Below, piece after piece: positions 1-9,257 of a DNA stretch of 64,000 bases. A program made the translations under genes and the position numbers. This DNA comes from a virus (Duplodnaviria > Heunggongvirae > Uroviricota > Caudoviricetes), in IMG/VR virus record IMGVR_UViG_3300029590_000324; one strand, 5' to 3'. The notes below the pieces were generated by a model, which was not told the DNA's origin, did no database searches, and was given only the letters and a program-made list of their open reading frames with translations. The stretch's first letter is position 1. The number at the start of each line of letters is the position of its first letter.

Positions 1-224
1 AAAGGCAGATGTTCTATCTGTAAGTCGTCTGTCAAATATATAAAAAGCTGTCCCGAGAATTACAGTTATGAGCTTATGCGGGAGATAGCCGAAGATATCT
101 GCAGGCGAAGAAAAAGAATGCCTCATGGAGATGTACTATCAAGGGAGTGGTAATTTGAGTTTTGTAATTGCAGTTATTGTGCTCATTGTAAATCTTATCG
201 AAACTGAGTAAGGAGGAAGTTATT

Positions 225-626
225 ATGGTAACAAGAGAACAGCAGCTCGCAGAAGCAATCAAGAGAATGAAGGCGCTGAAGCTTCATGAAAACACAATCG
301 AAGATTTAAAACAGGGGAGAGTAAACGTCAGCAAGCAGATGGGTGCTCTCTACTGGGCAAATGAAGAAGAGAAGGAGATAATTGCAAAGTTCGAAGCCAA
401 GCATAATGCCCTTGTCTATCACGCCATTTATACCCCGACACATTTCGGGCGCTGCTTTTCTATGCTGTTTGTCGGACAGTATGAAGATGAGTGGGAACTC
501 GACAGAAAGGACATTAGGAACTACACCCCGATCGCAATGGTCATAAATCTTGACGACGAATGGTGTTCCGATATGGGAAGCATCGGAGTGACCCCAATGT
601 TCGGCGGACTGATAAGAACTGCATAA
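225..626 (+). CDS. hypothetical protein (133 aa)
   Basis: ORF with AAGGAGG RBS 7 nt upstream; no recognisable motif. Confidence 0.5.
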   Translation: MVTREQQLAEAIKRMKALKLHENTIEDLKQGRVNVSKQMGALYWANEEEKEIIAKFEAKHNALVYHAIYTPTHFGRCFSMLFVGQYEDEWELDRKDIRNYTPIAMVINLDDEWCSDMGSIGVTPMFGGLIRTA

Positions 627-640
627 AAGGAGGACTGCAA

Positions 641-751
641 ATGAAGTATCTTGAAATAACGCAGACCGTTCAGCATTTCTGGGATGCGGAAATGAATGTG
701 CATATTGAAAAGGTATGCGTTGATGATGGTAACAGCGTTAACGGATTATGA
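641..751 (+). CDS. small hypothetical protein (36 aa)
   Basis: ATG preceded by AAGGAGG; tightly packed between neighbours. Confidence 0.3.
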   Translation: MKYLEITQTVQHFWDAEMNVHIEKVCVDDGNSVNGL

Positions 752-765
752 AAGGAGAAGTCATA

Positions 766-1011
766 ATGGAATTGATAGGTTATGCTGTAATTATTCGTAG
801 CGCTTACGACGGCATACTTCTTGTTCGGCTCTGCGATGATTATGATGCCGCAGTTAAAGAACTGCAGAAAGAATACTGCCTTGACTTATTGGAATATGAC
901 AACCTTCACATACCCGTAGATGAAACGTACGACGAAATGGAGAATCTGAAAACAATAAGTCTAACCGACGGTAACATCGTTACATATACAGTAGAGGAGG
1001 CTTATAAATGA
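766..1011 (+). CDS. hypothetical protein (81 aa)
   Basis: ATG 766 with GGAGAAG RBS; start overlaps previous stop. Confidence 0.45.
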   Translation: MELIGYAVIIRSAYDGILLVRLCDDYDAAVKELQKEYCLDLLEYDNLHIPVDETYDEMENLKTISLTDGNIVTYTVEEAYK

Positions 1012-1175
1012 AGAAGTACAGTGTAACACTTTTAGTAACTGGATATACAACGCTTCACATCGAAGCTGAAAATAAAGATGCAGCGGTGAAAGCGGCAGAG
1101 AAATCATTTTATAATAACTGTAATCTCTATCTTGACGATGCAGAAACAGATACTTGGGAGGTGGAAGAAGAATAA
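1008..1175 (+). CDS. small hypothetical protein (55 aa, MKKYSVTLLV...)
   Basis: Translated by hand; GAGGAGG RBS 7 nt upstream; ATG overlaps stop of previous ORF; absent from the ORF track because it is under 60 aa. Confidence 0.4.
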   Translation: MKKYSVTLLVTGYTTLHIEAENKDAAVKAAEKSFYNNCNLYLDDAETDTWEVEEE

Positions 1176-1291
1176 CTGTATATGATGACAAGGGGACAAC
1201 ATCATGCCGTCATGGAGATGACTGCGAATGTTATCTGTATGACGATGAACTGATAACTGTAATAAGAATAATCGGAAAGGAGAAGAGATAA

Positions 1292-2671
1292 ATGAAACCG
1301 AATAAACTTGAACGGTTTGTGAACGACCGAGAGCTGCATGAAAGAGCGCTTTCGCACATCGACCGCAAGGGACTCGATATGTGCGTGCTGTCCACGTTTT
1401 CGCAAGATGCAGCGTGGGCTCTTGCAGGCGACCTTATCGCTAATTGCAAAATCGAGTTCAAAGCCCCTGTAGAAATGTACATTGACAAGCTTACAGGCAA
1501 CTGGTTGACATTCGCCGAAGCAGAGAAGCGAAACTTTGAAGAAGTCCGCAAGCTTGCAGTTCTCGAAACGTTTGACCGAGTTCTGTGTAATACATTCTAT
1601 AAGATGTATTACGACGATTTTCACTACCTGATACATCCTAACTGTGTTTCTTACCGCAGGGGACTGTCAGCCGGCAAGACCGTAAAAGCTCTTGTCAGCG
1701 AGATGAACCGTAAGAAATGGTACAAAGGATACAAGCTTGACCTGAGCAAGTTCTTTGATACCGTAAATCGTGAAACGCTTGACAGAACACTCGATATTAT
1801 AACTCCCGATAAGGATTGTATCGATAACATAGTAATTAAACATTATCATGACGATACTATAATCGTAAACGGAAAACCCGAATACCGGTACAAGTCGCTC
1901 AGTCAGGGCAACCCTATTGCCTGTCTGCTGGCTGACCTGTGCCTGAGAGATATTGATGAAGCTGTAAGCAAGATGGATGTTATCTATTATCGCTATTCTG
2001 ACGATATCATAATCCTCGGCAGGGAAGCTGACCACGCCCTCGAAGTTATAAAGCAGATGCTCGAACCAAAGGGTGTAACTCTTAATCCTAAAAAGGTCAA
2101 AGCGTTGCAGGCAGATAAAGACTGGTTCGAGTTTCTGGGCTTTAAGATACGTGGCGACTTGATAACTGTGTCTGCGAAAACTCTCAGAGGTATCGAGCAG
2201 CATATAAAATCTGAAACGATACAGTGGAGCAGAGAACACAAAAGACTGGCTACCGAAGCAGAGACCAAGCGGATATGCAGGCGGCTCCAGAAGTATCTGT
2301 TCCTTGCATATGAAGAGAACAGCAACCAGTTCGGCATGTGTCAGTATCTGTTCGGAACCATTAACTGCAAACACGATATCGACATGATAGACAGGTATTG
2401 CAAAGACTGTTTAAGAGCAGTAATAACAGGTCGCAATAAGGTTTGGGGTCTCGGTTCTACAGATAATAACTCCAATTACACGATCCAGTTCCAGAAAGGA
2501 ATAAACGTTAAAGCTAACAGGGAAAGGACCGTGGCAGACGGAATAGATATGGTAAGGGCTGCCGGTTGGTACAGCCTTAATCATATGTACAAAGTCTATC
2601 ATACCGACCACGAACTCTGGCTGAGCGAGATAAACAAAATAAAAGGAGGTGTTATACATGACGCTGTATGA
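1292..2671 (+). CDS. reverse transcriptase (retron/group-II/UG-like lineage, not DGR type)
   Basis: RT motifs visible: SYRRGLSAGKTV (motif 1), KLDLSKFFDTV (motif 2/A), SQGNPIACLLADL (motif 4, QGxxxSP-like), YRYSDDIIILG (YxDD catalytic motif C), FEFLGF (motif 7); ~180 aa C-terminal extension with a Cys cluster. Confidence 0.85.
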   Translation: MKPNKLERFVNDRELHERALSHIDRKGLDMCVLSTFSQDAAWALAGDLIANCKIEFKAPVEMYIDKLTGNWLTFAEAEKRNFEEVRKLAVLETFDRVLCNTFYKMYYDDFHYLIHPNCVSYRRGLSAGKTVKALVSEMNRKKWYKGYKLDLSKFFDTVNRETLDRTLDIITPDKDCIDNIVIKHYHDDTIIVNGKPEYRYKSLSQGNPIACLLADLCLRDIDEAVSKMDVIYYRYSDDIIILGREADHALEVIKQMLEPKGVTLNPKKVKALQADKDWFEFLGFKIRGDLITVSAKTLRGIEQHIKSETIQWSREHKRLATEAETKRICRRLQKYLFLAYEENSNQFGMCQYLFGTINCKHDIDMIDRYCKDCLRAVITGRNKVWGLGSTDNNSNYTIQFQKGINVKANRERTVADGIDMVRAAGWYSLNHMYKVYHTDHELWLSEINKIKGGVIHDAV

Positions 2672-3101
2672 TGCGTTAATTGCAAAATCAGAATCGGGGC
2701 ATAAGCTCAGGTTCGATCTGGTCAAAAAGAATATCAGAATAGATAAGCGTGTCGTAATGGAAAACGGCAAGCTTGTAGCTGATATGATAGGCGGCGAAGT
2801 TATCGACTCGTTGGGGTCTCCTGTGTCCGGCTATGACGATCTGGTAACTCTTTACGAGAACTTTATTCATTCGTCACCGAGCAGTGAGAACAGCCGCAAG
2901 ACTTACCTGTTTAAACCTCTGTCTGCCGATGAGCTGAGCATGACCGACTTTTACCGTAACAATAGCCGAGACGTAATGCACGCAAAGCTTTGTGCCGCTA
3001 TTATAATCGGAAGTCTTAACGGTACCCTTAAATGGGAAACGCCCGGCTGGTTCCGTAAACTGACCGATAGGTTCATAATCTATCGCAGCTATATCCAGTA
3101 A
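2658..3101 (+). CDS. hypothetical protein translationally coupled to the RT (147 aa)
   Basis: GGAGG RBS lies inside the RT 3' end and the ATG overlaps the RT stop, so likely an RT accessory/effector; no known motif. Confidence 0.5.
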   Translation: MTLYDALIAKSESGHKLRFDLVKKNIRIDKRVVMENGKLVADMIGGEVIDSLGSPVSGYDDLVTLYENFIHSSPSSENSRKTYLFKPLSADELSMTDFYRNNSRDVMHAKLCAAIIIGSLNGTLKWETPGWFRKLTDRFIIYRSYIQ

Positions 3102-3144
3102 CCCGAAAACCATAAACCATACATATTAAAAGGAGAAATTTATT

Positions 3145-3978
3145 ATGACTAATAGCAATATGAACAACGCTAACCTTAACAACAGCAACCTCGATATGAA
3201 TGAGTTCGCAAAACTGGTGGCAAAGTCAATGCTCGATATGGCCAATACTCCAATCCCTACTGCCGACAATGATAACTCAGTTCCTGCACACGGTAAGTAT
3301 TTTGGCAAGACGATCTGCGGCGAAGTCTATAACCCCAGAACAACAAGACGTTGGATCTCCGCTCAGTTCATTAGACTTATGAGACAGGAGTGTGTCACCA
3401 CAAATATCAATCAGGTAATCGCAAATTTCTATACCTATAAGTACAGTATCCTCTATACCTGTAAGGAAGCTAAGCTGCTGGCTCACCTCAAAGATAACGA
3501 CCCCGTTGCATTTGAAGAGCGCAAGCATTTCTTTGATGTGAATAGCATCGCCGATATATTTATAAACTTCGCTAAGGAGTTCCAGCCCAGTCTTCAGAGT
3601 CTTATAAATACCGCTTGGTCATACTCAGACTTCGCTGTAATTGCAGAGGCTATTGAACTGGTAATTGCAAAGAGAGCGTTTGATATCCCCGAAGGCACAG
3701 GCATGAAGGGCGGCAGATACTTCAAGAACCACAAGCTTGCTAATGCGTTTATTCGCAGCTTCAAGAAGGCTGGTGCCTATTATACCTTAAAGAACTACAT
3801 TATGTTCGACAGAAGATTTGTCCTCCATTGGTTCGATGAAGTCTATACCAGAGAAAATGCTCTCAGAAAACTCAGACTTGAGATTCAGGCTCCTGACTAC
3901 TATTTTTATAAGGCACTTAAGGTTTCTATGGCGGAAAACTACATCAGCCTCAGCGATCCTTTTGCGAATATGGAATAA
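3145..3978 (+). CDS. hypothetical protein (277 aa), third gene of the RT operon
   Basis: AAAGGAG RBS; Asn-rich N terminus; no known motif. Confidence 0.5.
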   Translation: MTNSNMNNANLNNSNLDMNEFAKLVAKSMLDMANTPIPTADNDNSVPAHGKYFGKTICGEVYNPRTTRRWISAQFIRLMRQECVTTNINQVIANFYTYKYSILYTCKEAKLLAHLKDNDPVAFEERKHFFDVNSIADIFINFAKEFQPSLQSLINTAWSYSDFAVIAEAIELVIAKRAFDIPEGTGMKGGRYFKNHKLANAFIRSFKKAGAYYTLKNYIMFDRRFVLHWFDEVYTRENALRKLRLEIQAPDYYFYKALKVSMAENYISLSDPFANME

Positions 3979-4079
3979 AAAAATAACTGCAAACTCTCAG
4001 TCGGTAAATCTGTACATCATCCGGATTTCGCAGGTGTAGAAGGCTACTTTCGTCCCCTCAACACCTGCCAAATCACGGA

Positions 4080-5570
4080 TTCTTGATCTAAATGGTTTTA
4101 GTAAATCGCTGCGATTGAGAGTTATACTATTATAATTGTAACGGAGGAATACATGTGGTAACACGAAACAGTAATGGTGAATACGTTGTCAACGGCACAG
4201 TGCTCAGTTCTTACGATGCTTTCGATGTTTATAAATTCGTCAAGAGTGAATACAACGCAGAAGATATGGCGATGACTATCGAAGAAGAGTATGGTGCTCA
4301 GACAGAGGAAGAGGTAATTGCAAATCAAGAACTCTGGCATGACATACTGGATATGTATGAGGACTGCAGAAACAACGATGAGCAGTGGCATTACGACGCC
4401 GAATATGTTGTGTCCGAATTCCGCTCTGAGCTGGACGCTATAGCGGCAAATTACTAACTGCAAACCGACTTGTGAAAACAAAATTCAAGTCTGCAGCAAC
4501 ACGATCTCTCATTCTGGAGACCTCCAGAGTTCGAGATCGTTTATGCTGCCTCTTATCTAAATATCTTTAGTAAACATATGTTTCCACAAGCCGAATAATT
4601 CCTAATTCATAACACAAAATGCAATCAATAATCTCTCCCTCGGCGCTCAGTGATGCGTCACCCATCGCTTCACGCCGCTGTCGTGATTCTTCATATCTAA
4701 ATTACTTTAGCGACAATTTGGTGTTATGATTTCTTAATTCCCAGCGGCAACCTGTAAATTACGCATCTGGTCTGAAGCAAGAGTGTCAGGGATACTCCCT
4801 GAACTCTTCCTCAGACAAGATGGTATTATCTAAATCAATTTAGTGAACAACTGCTGTCGGGAATAGCCAATCTGATTTCTGTCCGTCCTAATGCAAACAT
4901 GTAATCCCTCAGATGAGAACCATCCAGCACACTGCTGGATGTTTCTCATCTCCGTGATACATATTATCTAAATGCTTTTAGCGAAAATTCGGCGGTCAGG
5001 AAATATATATCAATAATTGCAGTGCCTCAAATGCAGCAATGGTCATTGAGGAGCAACCGAAAAGTAGCCCGCTTTGCGGGCTAACTTCTCGGTGCGCCTC
5101 ACGACATTGTATCTAAAATCTTTTAGTGATATAATAGGTACTTCAATTAAATTCAGTAACCGTGATATCCAATATGCACTGCACCTTCGAAAGATGAGTC
5201 GATGACCCTCAATCAACTTCGTTGATTGAAGCGTCGATGACTCTTCTTTCAGAAGGTTCATATCTAAATTCCTTTAGCGATACCATGGATATTCCGGCCG
5301 CATAACCGAGTTTGGCAAACTGCATTTCGGGATCTTACACCGACGGGCACTATTCATACCTGACAAGTGCCCGACGTTTCAGATCCCTCATATCTAAACT
5401 GCTTTAGTAAATCGCCGCCAGGCTCGGTTCTGATAGCTGCAATCAGCATAATAACTTTGTACTATAGGAGGCGATCAGTCCAGTTACACTCCGCTTATCA
5501 GCGGGTGTCACGGACACTCACCTCCAATACATCTAAACCTTTGTAGAAAATATCTTGTTATGCTAATTGC
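4080..5570. repeat. array of 9 conserved palindromic ~25-bp motifs (consensus yATCTAAAtnnyTTTAGyrAa) spaced ~135 bp apart, alternating with unique GC-rich imperfect hairpins
   Basis: Motif copies near 4085, 4556, 4693, 4828, 4963, 5109, 5259, 5390 and 5528. Each unique spacer contains a long inverted repeat, e.g. ACGATCTC..GAGATCGT, AGCCCGCtttGCGGGCT, GGGATCT..AGATCCC. No ORF of 60 aa or more on the + strand between 4460 and 5600. Confidence 0.7.
4155..4457 (+). CDS. acidic hypothetical protein (100 aa, GTG start)
   Basis: GGAGG 7 nt upstream of GTG; lies between the first and second copies of the repeat motif. Confidence 0.4.
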   Translation: MVTRNSNGEYVVNGTVLSSYDAFDVYKFVKSEYNAEDMAMTIEEEYGAQTEEEVIANQELWHDILDMYEDCRNNDEQWHYDAEYVVSEFRSELDAIAANY

Positions 5571-5605
5571 AAAACAAAATAATTGTTTAATGGAGGTTAT
5601 AAATA

Positions 5606-5839
5606 ATGAAAAAGATAATAAAATTCACATTTATTGGAAACGACAGTTACAACAGACCCGTTTATAAAAACGAAAACGGAAAGTTATTTGTTGATGTTGA
5701 TCCTCGCAAAGATCATGAGCCAAAAATATGCACAAAATATCAAAATGCCTTTGATGGCGAACCTGATACACCGATAGACTGTATAACTGCATATTGCAAT
5801 GCAGAAATTGAATTTATACCCAAACGCATTACATGGTAA
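5606..5839 (+). CDS. hypothetical protein (77 aa)
   Basis: GGAGG RBS; first gene after the repeat array. Confidence 0.5.
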   Translation: MKKIIKFTFIGNDSYNRPVYKNENGKLFVDVDPRKDHEPKICTKYQNAFDGEPDTPIDCITAYCNAEIEFIPKRITW

Positions 5840-5956
5840 TTCAACCACTGATAAAAGTTTTTATGATTATCTGCTTAATAACGGTACTTCATTTGGAGTG
5901 GCTGTAAAAACGTATGCAGAGCATCTTCTCGACACGGCTAAAAGGGAGAAATAAAA

Positions 5957-6355
5957 ATGAATTATGATAAAACATATTATGAATACAACGAAAAGGAAAT
6001 CAGAGAGCTCCTGCTTTACAGGAAAGTCGTTGAAGTCAGAGGTAATACACTTGTTCTTGACAACGGAACAGAGCTTACCTTTGAAGGAAATGAAGGCTGC
6101 CCAGGCTGCGGCAACGGATGGTATTCCGTAACTGAACTTAACGAATGTGATAACGTCATTACGAACGTGGAGTTCGTTTGTGACAATGATACGAAAAACA
6201 AGTATGATGACGAAACATCGTACAAGATCTTCGTTTACGCCGAGGATAAGCATATTAAGCTTGCACAGATTGATGGAGACGATGGTAACGGATATTACGG
6301 CACAGGTTATACACTGTATGTAAAGTTTAATCAGTCATCGGATAAGGAGGATTAA
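5957..6355 (+). CDS. hypothetical protein (132 aa)
   Basis: AAGGGAG RBS; CPGCGNG motif. Confidence 0.5.
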   Translation: MNYDKTYYEYNEKEIRELLLYRKVVEVRGNTLVLDNGTELTFEGNEGCPGCGNGWYSVTELNECDNVITNVEFVCDNDTKNKYDDETSYKIFVYAEDKHIKLAQIDGDDGNGYYGTGYTLYVKFNQSSDKED

Positions 6356-6357
6356 AA

Positions 6358-6531
6358 ATGAAGCGAGCTTACATAGAAGACCGGTATGGTAACTGCGTTT
6401 GCGAACTTGAACCATACCTTGACGATGATGGAGAGCTGCTGGGCTGGTCAACGCCCAGCGAATACTTCATGCCCTGCGTAGTCGATGAGGGAGATACCTT
6501 CACAGTTATAGTAAAGGAAGTGGCAACATGA
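6358..6531 (+). CDS. small hypothetical protein (57 aa, MKRAYIEDRYG...)
   Basis: Translated by hand; AAGGAGG RBS; under the 60-aa track threshold. Confidence 0.4.
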   Translation: MKRAYIEDRYGNCVCELEPYLDDDGELLGWSTPSEYFMPCVVDEGDTFTVIVKEVAT

Positions 6532-6812
6532 TAAAAGAGTATCACCTTCATCTTGACAAAGACGGCAAAGACTGTTTTACAACCTATCTTGAGACAGTAA
6601 CAGCTATTGATAACGGTAATTCAGAAACTGTAATTCATTCAACTCAGCCAATATTTCTCACGTTTCGTGACGCTAAAGAATTGTATGTACATCTCAATGG
6701 CGAAATTCATCAGATAACACTGGGCAACTGTGTTGGAACTAATCGAGAAATTCGAGAGGGGCATGCAATAGATAAAATGTTAATTTCCGGAGAGTTTGAA
6801 TGGTTTAAATAA
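6528..6812 (+). CDS. hypothetical protein (94 aa)
   Basis: ATGA start/stop overlap with upstream ORF. Confidence 0.45.
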   Translation: MIKEYHLHLDKDGKDCFTTYLETVTAIDNGNSETVIHSTQPIFLTFRDAKELYVHLNGEIHQITLGNCVGTNREIREGHAIDKMLISGEFEWFK

Positions 6813-6825
6813 AGGGGGAATAATT

Positions 6826-7017
6826 GTGAGAGTAAGATATCTGACAATTCAAAAAGGGGAGACCCATCATATCTCCGAGTATCCAAACTTTCATAAGAGC
6901 GGAAGCGTTGAGGGTATGAAAAAGCTGTACTACGGCAAAGACGCACTTCTTGTACGGTGCGGAAGTTACATCTATAACGTAACGTCAAATCCCCGGATAT
7001 ACCATGATGCCAAATAA
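6826..7017 (+). CDS. hypothetical protein (63 aa, GTG start)
   Basis: AGGGGGAA RBS then GTG. Confidence 0.35.
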   Translation: MRVRYLTIQKGETHHISEYPNFHKSGSVEGMKKLYYGKDALLVRCGSYIYNVTSNPRIYHDAK

Positions 7018-7037
7018 TACATAATGGAGGAATGATT

Positions 7038-7415
7038 ATGGTCTGCGAATGGACAGGCAGTTACCTGTATCAGCCCGACACAGCGAACAAGAACGACTAT
7101 GATGTAGTTTGTGATGCGATAATTGATTATGTGAAAACCTATGGTGGAGAGCATAATCTCAGTATTACAACGTCGGAAGCTGAAGGCTGGGAAGTAAACG
7201 CAAAACCTATAAAGGCAAAGCAGTATAACATCGTGATCGACGGTAAGACTGTACCGATTGAAAAAATTTCCGAGGAAATAATAGCTTATTATGAAAGCTA
7301 TATGGATGACGAGGCTTCTAACTTCGGCAAGAATGCCTATTTTATTGGTGAGCCTTGGAGCGAAGAAGACCTCGAAATTTTCACAAGAGAAAACATGATA
7401 GAATACTGGAGCTAA
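7038..7415 (+). CDS. hypothetical protein (125 aa)
   Basis: GGAGG 7 nt upstream of ATG 7038. Confidence 0.5.
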   Translation: MVCEWTGSYLYQPDTANKNDYDVVCDAIIDYVKTYGGEHNLSITTSEAEGWEVNAKPIKAKQYNIVIDGKTVPIEKISEEIIAYYESYMDDEASNFGKNAYFIGEPWSEEDLEIFTRENMIEYWS

Positions 7416-7445
7416 CAGGATATTTGGAATTTGGAGGTAACAATT

Positions 7446-8045
7446 ATGGCTAACATTTGCTCTACACAGATAAGATTTTTTGGAAATGATGATGCACTTA
7501 CGGATTTTTTCAACAGGATCGAGCACGCTATTTCAGATGAAGCACACCCTGATATGAGCTACTGCGAAAGACGCAGCTTCCGCAACATCGCCAATGAATT
7601 CGGAATCGATCCTGATAAGGTTTCATTAAGAGGAGATATCGAATATGACAGGGATTGCGCAACAATATATACTGAAACCGCATGGACGCCTCGCCTTGGT
7701 ATATGGAGTGCGATAATTGCAAAATGCTATACCAAAGATGACGAGCAGCTCATTTCATTCAGCTGGTGCGCCGAGGAGTTCGGCTGCGATATCTACTGCA
7801 CAAACGACATGAATGAATTTGGCGACATGGCTTATTGTATTGACTATAATATAGGCAGCGATGCAGATTACCTCTACGGCGCCACAGAAGAAGAGGTGCT
7901 CAAAGAGGTTAACAGAGTTTTTGAAAAAGCAGGACTTGAGCCTGTCAAGTCTCTTGCGGAAGCGGAAGTGGCAGTTGAGGTCAATGAAGACTGGTTTATG
8001 TCAGTTCACAAGCTTGAACTGTTTGATACCTGCGATTTTGATTAA
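7446..8045 (+). CDS. hypothetical protein, paralogue family member A (199 aa)
   Basis: Shares CSTxIxFxGN, FxDLTD and ETAW[TR]P motifs with ORF 8592-9245. Confidence 0.55.
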   Translation: MANICSTQIRFFGNDDALTDFFNRIEHAISDEAHPDMSYCERRSFRNIANEFGIDPDKVSLRGDIEYDRDCATIYTETAWTPRLGIWSAIIAKCYTKDDEQLISFSWCAEEFGCDIYCTNDMNEFGDMAYCIDYNIGSDADYLYGATEEEVLKEVNRVFEKAGLEPVKSLAEAEVAVEVNEDWFMSVHKLELFDTCDFD

Positions 8046-8162
8046 GGAGGAGTTTGTAATGGGTAATTGGAAATACATTCTCAGAAGCGGCGGTAAGCTC
8101 AGAGTAAAGATAAACAGCGACGATAAGTTTGGTAAATTGTAATTTGAAAAGGAGATTTTATT

Positions 8163-8396
8163 ATGGATAACGCAAAGCTTAATGGTATGATAAAAGAATT
8201 CTATGACTGCTTTAACAGAGCGCAGGAGTTGAGACGTGCAGTTTTGGAATATATAGAAGAGACGCTCGATATTGATACTAACGAAAACTACGACTACTTT
8301 GAGGATGACAGCGATTTCTGTTTCGGCCTTGACTTAGAGACGATCGACGCTCTGGAAAACGGAGATGAGGATCTGATCAACGAACTTCGCAACTGA
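8163..8396 (+). CDS. acidic hypothetical protein (77 aa)
   Basis: AAGGAGA RBS. Confidence 0.45.
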   Translation: MDNAKLNGMIKEFYDCFNRAQELRRAVLEYIEETLDIDTNENYDYFEDDSDFCFGLDLETIDALENGDEDLINELRN

Positions 8397-8412
8397 AAAA
8401 GGAGATGTAGAT

Positions 8413-8577
8413 ATGAAAGCAGTAAATATTATGTGGGACACTGACGGAGACAAAAAGCTTTTTGAAGAATTGCCCTCAGAAATTGAAATTCCCGACGACG
8501 TTGACGAAGAAGATATCGGGGATTATATCTCAGACCTAATTGGATTTTGCCATTTTGGGTACGACCTCGAAGATTGA
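8413..8577 (+). CDS. small acidic hypothetical protein (54 aa)
   Basis: Translated by hand; AAAGGAGATG RBS. Confidence 0.35.
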   Translation: MKAVNIMWDTDGDKKLFEELPSEIEIPDDVDEEDIGDYISDLIGFCHFGYDLED

Positions 8578-8591
8578 AAGGAGAAAACATT

Positions 8592-9245
8592 ATGCCTAAT
8601 TGGTGTTCTACTAAAATAGAATTTACAGGAAACTTCGCAGACCTTACGGATCTGCACAATAAAATAGTACAGTACACATCGTCAAATGCAGAAACTTCAG
8701 GCTTTGGTGAACCTTGGCTCGGTAATGTGCTCATCGGGTTCGGCTTCGGCGACAGAATCGATAATCCCGAAAACATTATCCGCTGCCGTGGATGGATCGA
8801 CGACATCGGAAATGTAACCGACAGACAGGATAAGTCGAGTTTTAATATCTTTGCCGAAACAGCATGGAGACCAATGATCAAAATGTGGCGTGAGATAATT
8901 GCAAGGCATTATGATAATCGTATTTCCATACATTGGATAGCCGAGGAGGAGGACGGCGGGCTGTATATGACCGATGATATGGATTGGTTCGGCGCTGATT
9001 ATTACCATGTTAAATGGAGTATTGGGGAAGACGAAGATTACGAAGGCGATTATTTTGACGGCCCTGATAAAGTAGCCGAGCATATCAATGGCTTAATTGC
9101 AAAATACGATTTAGGCATTGATCTTATTACCGAAAAGGATATTAATACTGCGGACAATGAAGGCAGAAATATTTATTTAAGAGGAAATAACTGGTATATT
9201 GGTGTCATTATTCTCAAAGAAGCAAACGATAATGATGTTAAATAA
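8592..9245 (+). CDS. hypothetical protein, paralogue family member B (217 aa)
   Basis: AAGGAGAA RBS; homologous to 7446-8045. Confidence 0.55.
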   Translation: MPNWCSTKIEFTGNFADLTDLHNKIVQYTSSNAETSGFGEPWLGNVLIGFGFGDRIDNPENIIRCRGWIDDIGNVTDRQDKSSFNIFAETAWRPMIKMWREIIARHYDNRISIHWIAEEEDGGLYMTDDMDWFGADYYHVKWSIGEDEDYEGDYFDGPDKVAEHINGLIAKYDLGIDLITEKDINTADNEGRNIYLRGNNWYIGVIILKEANDNDVK

Positions 9246-9257
9246 GGGGTGAGGCAT

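Noticed and set aside
1176-1291. Possible DGR template repeat (TR) upstream of the RT
   Set aside because: Only 115 bp and no Avd-like gene. RT motif 4 is QGxxxA/SP-like rather than the DGR SQ signature. No matching variable repeat could be recognised by eye. DGR is not excluded computationally but is unsupported.
1667-2374. 235-aa minus-strand ORF (and 1993-2337) inside the RT gene
   Set aside because: Entirely antisense to a gene with strong RT motifs; no RBS; typical shadow ORF.
5043-5261. 72-aa minus-strand ORF within the hairpin array
   Set aside because: Spans two repeat units and the hairpin sequences; no RBS; inconsistent with the periodic non-coding architecture.
4080-5570. Interpreting the repeat/hairpin array as a CRISPR array or as an integron cassette array
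   Set aside because: The spacers (~110 nt) are far longer than CRISPR spacers and are internally self-complementary. The conserved element is a short palindrome rather than a 28-37-nt CRISPR repeat. No attC-like R/L box organisation and no integron integrase are present.
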